DNA of 64,000 nt from an uncultured Erysipelotrichaceae bacterium (GCA_902767375.1 CACXGV010000001.1:1080-65079), one strand, 5' to 3'. Positions 18,676 through 28,810 are shown, counted from the first letter of the stretch. The notes: generated by a model from the sequence alone, not told the origin. A program made the numbers and translations.

Positions 18676-19872
18676 TTAATATCTTGAATACCAATATGTA
18701 CCTTTACTAGGAAGTTTTAACACATCCTTGGCATTTTTTAGTTTTGATACAAATGTTGAATAAGATGTATAATTCTTTCCATACCATCCATCGGCTATCA
18801 TATAATGTAAGTGTGCGCCAGTTGAACAACTATCCCAAGGAGTTTTAGACCCTCCTCCAACAGTCCCTATAACTGTTTGATTAGTTACCTGATCACCAAC
18901 CGATACTTTAATATCTAATAAATGCATATATCCAGTTGTATATTGTTTACCACCAATTGTATGATAAATATATACTTGGTTTCCACCACAACTAGCTTTT
19001 CTAATTATTTTACCTACCATACCATTAGCACTTGAATACACTGGTGTACCTTGTTTATTTCCACCAATATCTGTTCCCGTATGGAATTTATATTTTCCAG
19101 TAATTGGATGATAACGATAGCCAAAAAGACTAGTAATTGTCCCATAAGGAAGTGGTTTTAGAAGTTTAGTATCTCCTTTAACCTTAACACATTCATCTAA
19201 ATCTTCATCATCTCTACAACCTAAGTTCTTATAATAATTAACAAGTTCTTGGGTAGATGCTATTTCATCTTTAATATCCATTGCTTCATCAATTAATTCT
19301 TCTAATTGATCTCCAAGTGAATCAATACTCTTTTCTAAAGAAGAAATTCTATTATTAAGTTCAACTTCTTTTTTTCTTAAATCTTCTTGTAAATCTAAAT
19401 TAGTTTGAATATCATCATTCATCTTATCTATTTGTTCTTCAGTAAAATCTGCAAGTTGTTTAATAATTGTATATCTATAAATAAATTCTCCATAACTTTT
19501 AGATTCAAATAAATACTCTAAGTAAATATTATCTCCTTGATTCTTTTGATAAGAATTCATTAAAGTCTTCATTTTATCTTTCGAAATAACTATTTCTTTA
19601 TCTAATCGTTCTATTTCCTTTTTAGCTTCTTCAATTTGATTTTGTCCTTTAGTTATTTCCGTTCTTGAATAACTTATTTCATTTCCTGCTGATTCAATTT
19701 GATTTCTTGTTTTTTTCTTCTTATATTCATAAGAACTTTGTTTATCCTTTAAAGCTTGTAATTCCTTTTTTAATTCTCCCAATGTTCTTGCTTTTGTTGA
19801 AGCATTAACATTTAAAAAACTTAAAAGCATTACAGGAATCATTATTATTAATAAAAACTTAATCTTTCTCAT
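18676..19872 (-). CDS. coiled-coil M23 (LytM) peptidase, probable FtsEX-controlled cell-wall hydrolase
   Basis: Signal peptide, long coiled coil, M23 motifs HTGTDIGG and GAHLHYMI. Overlaps the ftsX stop. Confidence 0.85.
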   Translation of the reverse strand: MRKIKFLLIIMIPVMLLSFLNVNASTKARTLGELKKELQALKDKQSSYEYKKKKTRNQIESAGNEISYSRTEITKGQNQIEEAKKEIERLDKEIVISKDKMKTLMNSYQKNQGDNIYLEYLFESKSYGEFIYRYTIIKQLADFTEEQIDKMNDDIQTNLDLQEDLRKKEVELNNRISSLEKSIDSLGDQLEELIDEAMDIKDEIASTQELVNYYKNLGCRDDEDLDECVKVKGDTKLLKPLPYGTITSLFGYRYHPITGKYKFHTGTDIGGNKQGTPVYSSANGMVGKIIRKASCGGNQVYIYHTIGGKQYTTGYMHLLDIKVSVGDQVTNQTVIGTVGGGSKTPWDSCSTGAHLHYMIADGWYGKNYTSYSTFVSKLKNAKDVLKLPSKGTYWYSRY

Positions 19873-20774
19873 ACGGTTAAATGCTTTCTAACTGCTAAAC
19901 CAGATGCAAACATCCCAACTACTGTTCCAAGAAGTAGTAAGAATAATGAAGCATTATAAACTATTCCATCTGGACTTGCTAGTTTAATTACCCCAATTAT
20001 ATTTGATACTGTTAAACCAGTAAATTTCTCATATAACATAGTATAACCAAATATTGTAAATAATATTGGCAAGATAGATCCAAGTATCCCAATTAAAGCT
20101 CCTTCAATTAAATAAGGAAGTCTAATAACTGTATTACTTGTACCAACCAATCTCATAATATCTATTTCTCTTTTTCGACTAAAGATTGTAATCTTAATAG
20201 TATTAGTTATAAGAACTACTGTTACAAGAACAAGTCCTCCTACTAAAACGATCGTACCTATCTTTATTCCATCAAAGATACTAACCAATTCATTAACTGA
20301 ACTTTCACCATACTTAACCATTTCAATATGTTCCATATTTTTGATAGTTGTAACTGTTTCATTAATATCTCTAACATCTTTTATAACAAGTTCAAATGAA
20401 TCTTGAAATGGATTATCAGTTTCAGATAAAGTATTAACTATACTAGCCCATTTTTCATCATTTTTAAACTCATTTTTAATATCCTCTTTACTTCGATAAA
20501 TAATGTTTTCAACATTATCTATTTTTTCTAAATCTTCTCTAGTTTTTTGAACATCTTCTTTTTTAGTATCCTTTTCCATAAATATTACAATAGTTAATTC
20601 TTTTTCTATATTTTCTGTTATATCTTTAACATTATAAGATAGAAGTAATCCAATTGATACTAAAACTAAAGTAATAATGGTACATATAATAGAAGCCATA
20701 GTTAAACTAAAATTTCGAATTAAACTTTTAAAAGCATTAGTAAAGCTTCTACCAAGTATTCTAAACACTCTCAT
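19869..20774 (-). CDS. ftsX: cell-division ABC transporter permease-like protein FtsX
   Basis: 4-TM FtsX topology with a large first extracellular loop; overlaps ftsE. Confidence 0.85.
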   Translation of the reverse strand: MRVFRILGRSFTNAFKSLIRNFSLTMASIICTIITLVLVSIGLLLSYNVKDITENIEKELTIVIFMEKDTKKEDVQKTREDLEKIDNVENIIYRSKEDIKNEFKNDEKWASIVNTLSETDNPFQDSFELVIKDVRDINETVTTIKNMEHIEMVKYGESSVNELVSIFDGIKIGTIVLVGGLVLVTVVLITNTIKITIFSRKREIDIMRLVGTSNTVIRLPYLIEGALIGILGSILPILFTIFGYTMLYEKFTGLTVSNIIGVIKLASPDGIVYNASLFLLLLGTVVGMFASGLAVRKHLTV

Positions 20775-21462
20775 CTACTTTATAACTTCCTTTCAAATAA
20801 TCTCCATCCAATAATCCATCTTTGATAACAATTACACGTTTCTTCATTCTATTAACAATGTCTTTATCATGAGTTGCCATTACTACTGTAGTACCTAATT
20901 CTTTATTAATCTTTTCAATTACATCCATAATTTCTTTACTTGTTTTAGGATCTAAGTTACCAGTTGGTTCATCACAAAGAAGAAGTTTAGGACTATTAGC
21001 TATTGCTCTAGCAATGCAAACTCTTTGTTGTTCACCACCAGAAAGTTCAGATGGAAAACTTCTTGTCTTATGAGAAAGACCAACTTGTTCTAAAGCTGCT
21101 AATACTTTAGGTCTAATTTCTGCTCCCGATAAACCATAGCTTTCTAAAGGATAAGCAACATTTTCATATACTGTAAGTTTAGGAAGTAATTTATAATCTT
21201 GAAATACAATTCCAATCTTTCTTCTAAGCTTATATATTCTACTATTACGAAGCTTAGCAACATTTATACCACCTACAGAAACACTTCCTTTAGTAGGTTT
21301 TTCTTCTCTATATAAAAGTTTTATTAAAGTACTCTTACCACTAGCAGTATTACCAATAATAAAGACAAAATCTTTCTTCTTTATCTTTAAATTAATACTA
21401 GCAAGAGCTGTAACACCATTTTTATAAACTTTATAAACATCTTTAAGTTCAATAAACTCCAT
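20761..21462 (-). CDS. ftsE: cell-division ATP-binding protein FtsE
   Basis: Walker [13 protein letters not shown] signature LSGGEQQR, Walker B LLLCDEPT. Confidence 0.9.
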   Translation of the reverse strand: MEFIELKDVYKVYKNGVTALASINLKIKKKDFVFIIGNTASGKSTLIKLLYREEKPTKGSVSVGGINVAKLRNSRIYKLRRKIGIVFQDYKLLPKLTVYENVAYPLESYGLSGAEIRPKVLAALEQVGLSHKTRSFPSELSGGEQQRVCIARAIANSPKLLLCDEPTGNLDPKTSKEIMDVIEKINKELGTTVVMATHDKDIVNRMKKRVIVIKDGLLDGDYLKGSYKVDESV

Positions 21463-21486
21463 AACTACTCCACCTTTATAATATAC

Positions 21487-21495
21487 ATTATAACA
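21487..21495 (-). promoter_or_regulatory. extended -10 promoter element for ftsE
   Basis: The minus strand reads TGTTATAAT (TGnTATAAT) between the terminator and the ftsE SD (AAAGGTGGAG). Confidence 0.45.
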
Positions 21496-21497
21496 TA

Positions 21498-21532
21498 AAA
21501 TCCATCTATTTTCTTTACCAATAGATGGATTT
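21498..21532 (-). terminator. strong intrinsic terminator closing the rmuC / two-HEPN operon
   Basis: Perfect 13-bp stem AAATCCATCTATT / AATAGATGGATTT with a 9-nt loop. The stop codon abuts the stem, and the transcript continues UUUUAUGUU. Confidence 0.75.
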
Positions 21533-23154
21533 TACATTAATTCATTAAATTTACTACTCTTTTCCACTTCAAGATGTAATTCCTTACATATATCTTTTAT
21601 CATTTCTAAGAACTTATCCAAACTTATATTCATATTAAATATAACTGGACTATCACCTAGTTCTTTTTCTTCCCAAGTTCTTTTACTCTTACTAAATTTA
21701 TAATAATACCTTTTAATATCTCTATCATATAAAGTTATATCGCTTTTAGATGCCTTAGAATAACCATGAGCAAAAATATTACGAAGCTGAGTAAAAAATA
21801 CTTCTGGATTTTCTCCCTTATTAATAGAATCTATCTTATTTTCTAAAAGTAAAACTCTATCTTTCATTTTATTAAGTTCAAAACGTTTATCAAAAGGAAA
21901 ACCATTCTTTTTACTATCTTCTAAAGCATTTAATAACTTCTTCAAATAATCCTTATAATAATTTCTTGCATGCCCAAAATCCATATTAATAAAAGCTTTA
22001 TACTTTCTATAAATATTATTAGAAAGAGTTTTATATCCTTCTAAATTACTTAAACAAACATTAAATACCAAATTTCCAAGCGATTTAATCAAGAAATTAA
22101 AACTATCATCTAAATATATTTCATATCTAGGATTAAGTTCTTGATTATTAGTTATTAAATTTAAAATATCCATTAAATACTTAAAAGATAAAGTATTATC
22201 TAGTTCAGCAAAATAAGATCTTTTAAAATGATTAAATAAAATATCTATTTGTTCCTTATAATTTGTAATTTTACTAAATGCAAGATTATCTTCCATATCT
22301 TTAGCAAAATCTAAAGTAAAAGGAATAAATTCTAATTTAAAACATCCATCTAATTTAGTATTTAACTCTTTTAAAACACTATTGGTTGCATAATTAAACT
22401 TTTTAGCATCTATTTCCTCATCACCTTGAGGTAAATATTTAACTAAAGAACTTTGAAAAATATCTTTAATATGCAAAAAAATTGTATAAAACTTTAAATC
22501 TTCCACATATTTAATACTTAAACTCTTACAAGCTTTTTCTAAACTATTAGTTGTAAGTGTTACCTTAACAATCCCATTAGTTTGATCTTTTAAAGTATTA
22601 TTTAAATGTTCTATAGCATTATCACCTGAAGTATTTAAAGACACTAAAAAAGAATCATATAATCCTGATTTAAATTGATAATTCCTATTTGACAAAGAAC
22701 ACACTATTGCACTTTCAAACCATTTATAATCAAAAATAACCTCAAAATTATATTTATCATTTTTAATATGAATTAAACCATCATCTGATATTTCATAATC
22801 ATTATGGGCAATAGAGTTTCTAATTAACTTAAATTGTACTCTATAATCTAAACTACTATTAGTCTTTATTCCTGCTCCATAATCATATATTGAACCATCA
22901 TCAAATAATAATTCACTAGAATTCTTCCTTATGGGATTCATCTTAAATAGATCATTTAAAGTATCATTATCAACTTCATCAAATATTAAATCATGGTTAT
23001 TTTGCATTAAAGTAACAAGCATCCAAAATTTAATATAAACACTATTATCTTTAATAATACTTAAATCATTAACATCTCTACTTCTAGCATAATTAATTAA
23101 ATGATAAAGACCAGTTAATCCTTTACTTTTATAAATATTATTTACTATCTTCAT
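21532..23154 (-). CDS. two-HEPN-motif protein (predicted RNase), otherwise unrecognised
   Basis: RNSIAH is encoded at 22804-22821 and RNIFAH at 21766-21783; I verified both on the DNA. ATG 23154 follows SD AAGGA and lies 17 nt inside the rmuC 3' end. The track start 23172 is a TTG. Confidence 0.6.
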   Translation of the reverse strand: MKIVNNIYKSKGLTGLYHLINYARSRDVNDLSIIKDNSVYIKFWMLVTLMQNNHDLIFDEVDNDTLNDLFKMNPIRKNSSELLFDDGSIYDYGAGIKTNSSLDYRVQFKLIRNSIAHNDYEISDDGLIHIKNDKYNFEVIFDYKWFESAIVCSLSNRNYQFKSGLYDSFLVSLNTSGDNAIEHLNNTLKDQTNGIVKVTLTTNSLEKACKSLSIKYVEDLKFYTIFLHIKDIFQSSLVKYLPQGDEEIDAKKFNYATNSVLKELNTKLDGCFKLEFIPFTLDFAKDMEDNLAFSKITNYKEQIDILFNHFKRSYFAELDNTLSFKYLMDILNLITNNQELNPRYEIYLDDSFNFLIKSLGNLVFNVCLSNLEGYKTLSNNIYRKYKAFINMDFGHARNYYKDYLKKLLNALEDSKKNGFPFDKRFELNKMKDRVLLLENKIDSINKGENPEVFFTQLRNIFAHGYSKASKSDITLYDRDIKRYYYKFSKSKRTWEEKELGDSPVIFNMNISLDKFLEMIKDICKELHLEVEKSSKFNELM

Positions 23155-24214
23155 TTTTATCCTTAGTTTCAATAGTTACATTACTAATAGATGCAAATCT
23201 CTTACTAATCTTATCAGTTGTTGTATGTATTTCTTCAACATCCTTAGATACCGTATTAATACTTCTAGATAGTTTATCCCATCTTTCTTTATATCGACTA
23301 AATTCAATTCCTAATTTATTTAATTCTTCATGAATAACCTTAGCATATTTATCTCTTTCCATATTCTTTAATATCATACTAATAATTGTTAAAGTACTCA
23401 TTAAAGTAGTCGGACTCGCTATCCATACTTTAGACTTATATGAATATTCTATTAAATCTGGATGATAAGCATTAATCTCAGCAAAAATAGCCTCTGCTGG
23501 CAAAAACATAATTGCTTCCATCGCTGTTTCACCTGGAATAATATATTTTTCACGTATGGCATCTATATGCTTTTTAACATCTGCTTTAAAAGCTTTACTA
23601 GCAGCATCTCTTTCACTTTTCTCTCTAGATCTATCAGTCATTATTTGATAATGCTCTAGTGGAAACTTAGAATCAATTGCTATTGTACCAAGTGGTTCTG
23701 GGGCAAAAACTACTGCATCAGCAATTGTTTCATTACTCATAGTATATTGTAGTCTATATATCTTATCATTAACCCCAAATACACTATTTAAAATATATTG
23801 TAAATTTGTTTCTCCAAATATTCCTCTAGTCTTTTTATCTGTTAAAACACTTTGAAGTGAAATTATATCATTAGAAAGACCATCAATCTTCTTTTGAGCT
23901 TCATCTATCTTACTAATTCTTTCTAATATAGATGTAAAAGTTTTATTAGTCTTTTCAAAATTAGCATCTAATCTTTCATTAACTTTTTCATTTAAATACA
24001 TTAATCTTTTTTCAATTACTTCATTGGTTTCTTTAAAATCTTTTTCTATATCTTTACTAAAATCATACTTAAAATCTCCTAAAGCTTTAGTAATATCTGT
24101 TTCAAACTTACCAAGTTTTAAAGTAATTTCTTCATTATTATTCTTTTTAACAAGTAAAACTATAAGAAGTATTATAACTACTACTAATAATCCTATAACG
24201 ATATATATCTCCAT
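23138..24214 (-). CDS. rmuC: DNA recombination protein RmuC
   Basis: N-terminal TM, coiled coil, and an RmuC-domain core (IAIDSKFPLEHY...). Confidence 0.85.
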   Translation of the reverse strand: MEIYIVIGLLVVVIILLIVLLVKKNNNEEITLKLGKFETDITKALGDFKYDFSKDIEKDFKETNEVIEKRLMYLNEKVNERLDANFEKTNKTFTSILERISKIDEAQKKIDGLSNDIISLQSVLTDKKTRGIFGETNLQYILNSVFGVNDKIYRLQYTMSNETIADAVVFAPEPLGTIAIDSKFPLEHYQIMTDRSREKSERDAASKAFKADVKKHIDAIREKYIIPGETAMEAIMFLPAEAIFAEINAYHPDLIEYSYKSKVWIASPTTLMSTLTIISMILKNMERDKYAKVIHEELNKLGIEFSRYKERWDKLSRSINTVSKDVEEIHTTTDKISKRFASISNVTIETKDKNEDSK

Positions 24215-24217
24215 AAA

Positions 24218-24802
24218 CTACTCCAATCTAAATCTTTTATTAACCAATTTACTTATTATAAATACCACCATAAGTATTACTGCAATTTTAATTAAAATAT
24301 AAGGATTTTTAAAACTTTCAATTAAACTAGTTCCTATATAAGCCCAGAAATAAGCCATAAAGAATTTCCCAATTATAAGCCCAAATACAAACTTTTTAGT
24401 ACTCATATTAGATAAACCAGCTGCTATATTAACTAAAAAAGCTGGTGTAAAAGGTATCGCTATAAGTAAAGCAAGTTCTGAAAGGTTAATATCATTAAAT
24501 AATTTCATCATCTTTTTAAGTAACTTATGTTCTTTTTTATCCATCATCCCATCAAAATGCTTCTTTAATTTACCTCTACATAATCTATAAGAAATAAAAC
24601 ATCCAACACAAGTTAATACATAACTTATAATAAATCCCAGTATCCCTAAATAATAACAATTAACTGTAATAAATAAACCTAAAGGCAAAACCGGTAAGAT
24701 AGACTCTACTGTTATTAATAAGCACGCAAGTAAAGGAGCAAAAGCTCCCAATGAATTAAGTATACCTGTAATTAAATTGTCTAAATTATTAAAAAATTCC
24801 AT
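24218..24802 (-). CDS. TVP38/TMEM64 (DedA-related) family membrane protein
   Basis: 194-aa polytopic protein with the family-typical layout. Its stop is 3 nt before the rmuC start. Confidence 0.65.
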   Translation of the reverse strand: MEFFNNLDNLITGILNSLGAFAPLLACLLITVESILPVLPLGLFITVNCYYLGILGFIISYVLTCVGCFISYRLCRGKLKKHFDGMMDKKEHKLLKKMMKLFNDINLSELALLIAIPFTPAFLVNIAAGLSNMSTKKFVFGLIIGKFFMAYFWAYIGTSLIESFKNPYILIKIAVILMVVFIISKLVNKRFRLE

Positions 24803-24840
24803 ATCATTATTATATAAAAAAAAAGACTATTTTTAAAGCC

Positions 24841-25059
24841 CTATTTATTTAAAACTAAGGTTGTATTATAACCATATGCTTCCAATATTAAAGCAACTCT
24901 TTTAGCCTTTTTTCCACTTTTACAATAAAAATAATACTTATAATCCTTATTTAAGTATTTATAATGATTATTTAAAAGATTATCATATGGAACAAATTCC
25001 TTATCTAAATCAATAAACATTCCATCATTCTTATAGTCTTTTTTGTTAATAACTTTCAT
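24841..25059 (-). CDS. short rhodanese-like domain protein
   Basis: 72 aa. The active-site-loop region YFYCKSGKKAKRVALILEAYGY resembles single-domain rhodaneses, but the protein is shorter than usual. Confidence 0.45.
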   Translation of the reverse strand: MKVINKKDYKNDGMFIDLDKEFVPYDNLLNNHYKYLNKDYKYYFYCKSGKKAKRVALILEAYGYNTTLVLNK

Positions 25060-25073
25060 ATTATATTATATGT

Positions 25074-25096
25074 AAAAAAAAAGAGTTGTTACTCTT
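25074..25096 (-). terminator. intrinsic terminator after the stand-alone TasA-like gene
   Basis: AAGAGT / ACTCTT stem with loop TGTT, followed by a 9-nt U-run on the transcript. Confidence 0.5.
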
Positions 25097-25649
25097 TTCC
25101 ATCAGTTATATTTATTTTAGCTCTAATTTCCTTTTCCTGGTCAGTATTTTGATCAACCCCAGTATCAGGGAAATATATCTTTAATACATAATTATGAATA
25201 ACTCCATCAGCTTCCGTAAATTTACCAGAGCCAAGTAAAAGAGGCCCTAAAGTATTAGGAATAGGAGTTTGATTACTTACATTAACTACATCTTGATTTT
25301 CTGTTGGACTATAACCATTTAAAGTATAAGTTAAAGCGTTATTCGAAAAAGTATTACTCTCAACATTTAAATAAATATTATATTCCATATCAAGTTCAGT
25401 TGTATTGGTTCCTGTTAAAGCGAATCTCTTAGTAGCCCATTCTTCTTCTCTTGGATAAATATTCCTAACTTCTAAAAAATTATCTTCTGCATAAGAAATA
25501 ACCATTCTACCCGCACTTAAACTAATTGTTGAAGCATTTTCTATTCCAGTAATATTAGCTGTAAAGTATGCATAAGATACACTAACAACAGTTACAACTA
25601 AAACTATAACAGATAAAATTCCTATATATAATTTCTTTCGCTCAGTCAT
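25089..25649 (-). CDS. stand-alone TasA/camelysin-like module with SipW-type signal peptide
   Basis: MTERKKLYIGILSVIVLVVTVVSVSYAYFTANITGIENASTISLSAGRMV...HNYVLKIYFPDTGVDQ. This is the N-domain only, with no C-terminal cargo. ATG 25649 follows GGAGAGTGAT; the track start is a GTG. Confidence 0.65.
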   Translation of the reverse strand: MTERKKLYIGILSVIVLVVTVVSVSYAYFTANITGIENASTISLSAGRMVISYAEDNFLEVRNIYPREEEWATKRFALTGTNTTELDMEYNIYLNVESNTFSNNALTYTLNGYSPTENQDVVNVSNQTPIPNTLGPLLLGSGKFTEADGVIHNYVLKIYFPDTGVDQNTDQEKEIRAKINITDGKE

Positions 25650-25708
25650 ATCTATCACTCTCCAATATAATTTTACTAAATATTTATAAATAATTCAAGA
25701 ATAATAAT

Positions 25709-25728
25709 AAGAACACCTAAGTGTTCTT
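25709..25728 (-). terminator. hairpin at the end of the T4SS operon (after the coupling-protein gene)
   Basis: AAGAACAC / GTGTTCTT 8-bp stem with loop CTAA, overlapping the stop codon. The downstream tract is U-rich but interrupted. Confidence 0.5.
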
Positions 25729-28042
25729 ATTCATCTTCATTAAAGAAGTCATCATAATACTGATCATCAGTAACATCACCAACAATGACACTATCTTTAT
25801 CAATATTAACTACTGGTTCATCTGTAGTAGTATCATCATTCTTCATAAAATCATCAAACTTCTGAACAACAGTATTATCTAAAGTATCATAATCAACTTC
25901 ATCTTTAGGATGTACCTCTGTTTTTACTTCTTCTGAAGCATTTTGTTCTTTCTCTAAACGTTCTTGTTCTTCTAATTCAGCAATTTTAGCATCAATTCTT
26001 TTAACTAAACTATCAATATCAAATTTAGGAGTAACAGTCTTATTTTCAATAATCCTTTCAACTGGTTTTGCAGGTATATCCTGAACTACCGGACTAATCT
26101 TTTCAGTTTCTTCCACAGGTTCTTCATTTGCTACCTGTTGTTGTTCACCCGCAAAGTTAAATGGATTAAATAAATTAGCAAATGGTGAATTGTCTTCTTC
26201 TTTATCATTTATTAAAGATACAGGAGGAGCAATTGGAGTATCATCCTTTATTTCCTCTCTTTCAGGTTCAATAGTTGGTTTAGAATCTAAATTCTTATTA
26301 CCATCTAAAGCCTCAAATAACTTATTTCTTTTCTTAACTTTAACAAATTCTTTAATATCAAACATCTCAATTGGACGTTTTTCTCTTGCAACAAGTTCAC
26401 CTTTACCAAAAGCTGAAGTCCCCCAATCAATTTCATAGCTTGGTTTTAACTTAGTTCTAAAAGGATTTAATCTACTATGAAGGATAATAACTTCATTCAT
26501 CTCTAATTTTTGTAAATCACTAACTGTAATAAGTGGCGTAGATGCTGTTTTTTCTTTATCTTTAGATTTAACCTCACCACATAACTTACTAATTTCTTCT
26601 AAAGCCGCAAGTTCCGTCGTTAATAGATAAATTAAATTACCACAGTTACTTCTAATAGTTTCAGCATCTTCTTTACCATAAACATCATTTAACTGAGCAA
26701 AGTTCTGAACTATAAAAGTAAATCTTATTGAACGGCTTCTTGCTGCTGTAACCATTGTAGTAACATCTTTAAGTGGAGGCATATTTGCAAACTCATCTAA
26801 AATAAAATTAGTACGATATTTAAGTCTACCATTTGGTTCTTTTTGTGCAACTCCAATTAAAGTTTCATAAACTTGTTTAATGAAAATAGTAGCAAGCGCA
26901 TGATAGGTTGTTTTTTCATCTTGAACTATCATAAACACTGCTGTTTTTTCATTACCAATATCATTCATATTAAAATCACTATAAGAAAGCATTTCTGACA
27001 AATTCTCTCTTGTAGCAAATTGTCTAATCTTTGATCTAAATACTGATAAAATACTTCCCTTTGTTTCATTAGGAGCATTTATTGTATTATTAGCAAATGT
27101 ATAAGGAGTAGACTCCTCACCTTTTAAAGTAAAATATTCTTTAACATAATTACTAGTTGCAAAAGTATCTTCTCCTACAGTTGACATATAATTAACTGAG
27201 TTAATATTTATTTGTTCTTCCTTAGCATCTTCAAATAAACCTAATACTAAACCAGAAAAATAATCTGAAGAAGATTTTTCCCAGAATGGATCATTCTTAT
27301 TTTCTGGATCATACATAATATTTAAAGAAATATCTTCTAAAAGCTCAATTGCTTTATCAACATTTCCTGATTTATATAACTTATAAGGTAAAGTTAAAGG
27401 ATTCCAAGAATTCCCATATGCTGGATCTCTAAAGTTTAAAACAACTATTTTATATCCCTTAGCTCTAAGCATTTCTGAATGATTACGATAAATCTCACCC
27501 TTAGGGTCAGTCATAATCATACTTTCACCCTTCTTAGATAAACTATAAATTAAAGGATCTACTAGAGCCGTAGTTTTACCTGAACCAGTTTGCCCAACAA
27601 CTAAAGTATGATGATGTGCATTATCAACATACATATCTTTACCATCATTTATAACTACAATACCTGCTCCATCAGCAGTTTCAGCTTTAATTGGAACTCT
27701 TACTATTCCCGGAGCTTTTTTCATCTCTTGTGGTTTTAACCACCTACTATAACCCTTTTCTTCTTTTTCCTTAAAAGTAAGACCAAACCCCTTTGATCCC
27801 TTATCTCTTTCAAATATATAAGAAGAAACACTCATAAAAATTGCAATTAAAACTGCAAAGAATACCACTAAAGTTGGTATTAAATAAGGAGGTAAAAATC
27901 CTGCGAAAAAATTAAGTCCAAAAAATTCTGTAGAATCTAATAAAGATGTTACATTTAAAACTGCCAAAGATGACATAATAAGTAAAAAGATACAAAATAT
28001 AATAAATATTATTAGATCTTTAGGGGCTACTCTAAATTTCAT
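25727..28042 (-). CDS. type IV coupling protein (VirD4/TraG/TcpA-like ATPase)
   Basis: Two N-terminal TM segments, Walker A VVGQTGSGKTT, Walker B-like FILDEFANM, and a long acidic C-terminal tail. Confidence 0.85.
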   Translation of the reverse strand: MKFRVAPKDLIIFIIFCIFLLIMSSLAVLNVTSLLDSTEFFGLNFFAGFLPPYLIPTLVVFFAVLIAIFMSVSSYIFERDKGSKGFGLTFKEKEEKGYSRWLKPQEMKKAPGIVRVPIKAETADGAGIVVINDGKDMYVDNAHHHTLVVGQTGSGKTTALVDPLIYSLSKKGESMIMTDPKGEIYRNHSEMLRAKGYKIVVLNFRDPAYGNSWNPLTLPYKLYKSGNVDKAIELLEDISLNIMYDPENKNDPFWEKSSSDYFSGLVLGLFEDAKEEQININSVNYMSTVGEDTFATSNYVKEYFTLKGEESTPYTFANNTINAPNETKGSILSVFRSKIRQFATRENLSEMLSYSDFNMNDIGNEKTAVFMIVQDEKTTYHALATIFIKQVYETLIGVAQKEPNGRLKYRTNFILDEFANMPPLKDVTTMVTAARSRSIRFTFIVQNFAQLNDVYGKEDAETIRSNCGNLIYLLTTELAALEEISKLCGEVKSKDKEKTASTPLITVSDLQKLEMNEVIILHSRLNPFRTKLKPSYEIDWGTSAFGKGELVAREKRPIEMFDIKEFVKVKKRNKLFEALDGNKNLDSKPTIEPEREEIKDDTPIAPPVSLINDKEEDNSPFANLFNPFNFAGEQQQVANEEPVEETEKISPVVQDIPAKPVERIIENKTVTPKFDIDSLVKRIDAKIAELEEQERLEKEQNASEEVKTEVHPKDEVDYDTLDNTVVQKFDDFMKNDDTTTDEPVVNIDKDSVIVGDVTDDQYYDDFFNEDE

Positions 28043-28095
28043 CTAATCCCTCCTTGCACTACTAATTATATACTAAAATATGATTTTTTTCCACA

Positions 28096-28809
28096 TTAAT
28101 TATTAGAATTCTTTACTTTACCTAAAACAATTATTACCCCAAATAATAATGTGGCACCCAAAACCATAAAAACGATGTTAATAATACTATTTGATAGTTT
28201 ACTATCCCTTAACTTAGAATATTTACTTGTCTTATCAACTACTATATTAATAGTTTTATTCTCATAATTATTCTTAGTAAAAACCCAAGTATAAGTTTGA
28301 TCATTAACCGCATCAGCATTACTCTCTATTACTTGATAATAAGAAGTAACATTTATTGTTAACTTATCTAAATCAGGATAAGATTTAAATAAAGAATTAC
28401 CTTCTGGATTTCCACTACTAAAACTAAATCTATCCTTACTATTAGTAACACTACGATAATTAAAAGGTAGTAACAGATAAGTCTTTTCATACTTATCCAT
28501 ATCAAATGTATAAGTAAACCTTAATCCATATGCATCACTATTATCAATTTTTTCTTTATTATAATAATTATATCCATCTAATCTAGAAAACAACTCTGGA
28601 TATCCAGGAGTATCAGCATCAACTGCCAAATTAAAATTCTCATAATTATAATCTATCATTGCTTTATTAGTTATTTCACCATATTTTTTATTTAAAGCAT
28701 TAATAACTAATTCATCACTAATTGTTTTCTCATCAATTTTAACATTATAAACCGCTTCACAACCAGATAAAAGAAATACACTTATTATTAATAATAAAAT
28801 CTTTTTCAT
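28096..28809 (-). CDS. lipoprotein with additional C-terminal TM anchor (T4SS-associated)
   Basis: Lipobox LLSGC at residues 13-17; C-terminal IINIVFMVLGATLLFGVIIVLG. Confidence 0.6.
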   Translation of the reverse strand: MKKILLLIISVFLLSGCEAVYNVKIDEKTISDELVINALNKKYGEITNKAMIDYNYENFNLAVDADTPGYPELFSRLDGYNYYNKEKIDNSDAYGLRFTYTFDMDKYEKTYLLLPFNYRSVTNSKDRFSFSSGNPEGNSLFKSYPDLDKLTINVTSYYQVIESNADAVNDQTYTWVFTKNNYENKTINIVVDKTSKYSKLRDSKLSNSIINIVFMVLGATLLFGVIIVLGKVKNSNN

Positions 28810-28810
28810 A

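Noticed and set aside
23155-23172. Longer version of the two-HEPN ORF starting at 23172 (MKLRIK...).
   Set aside because: That start is a TTG with no SD. The ATG at 23154 has AAGGA 5 nt upstream. I used 23154, but the choice does not affect the motif findings.
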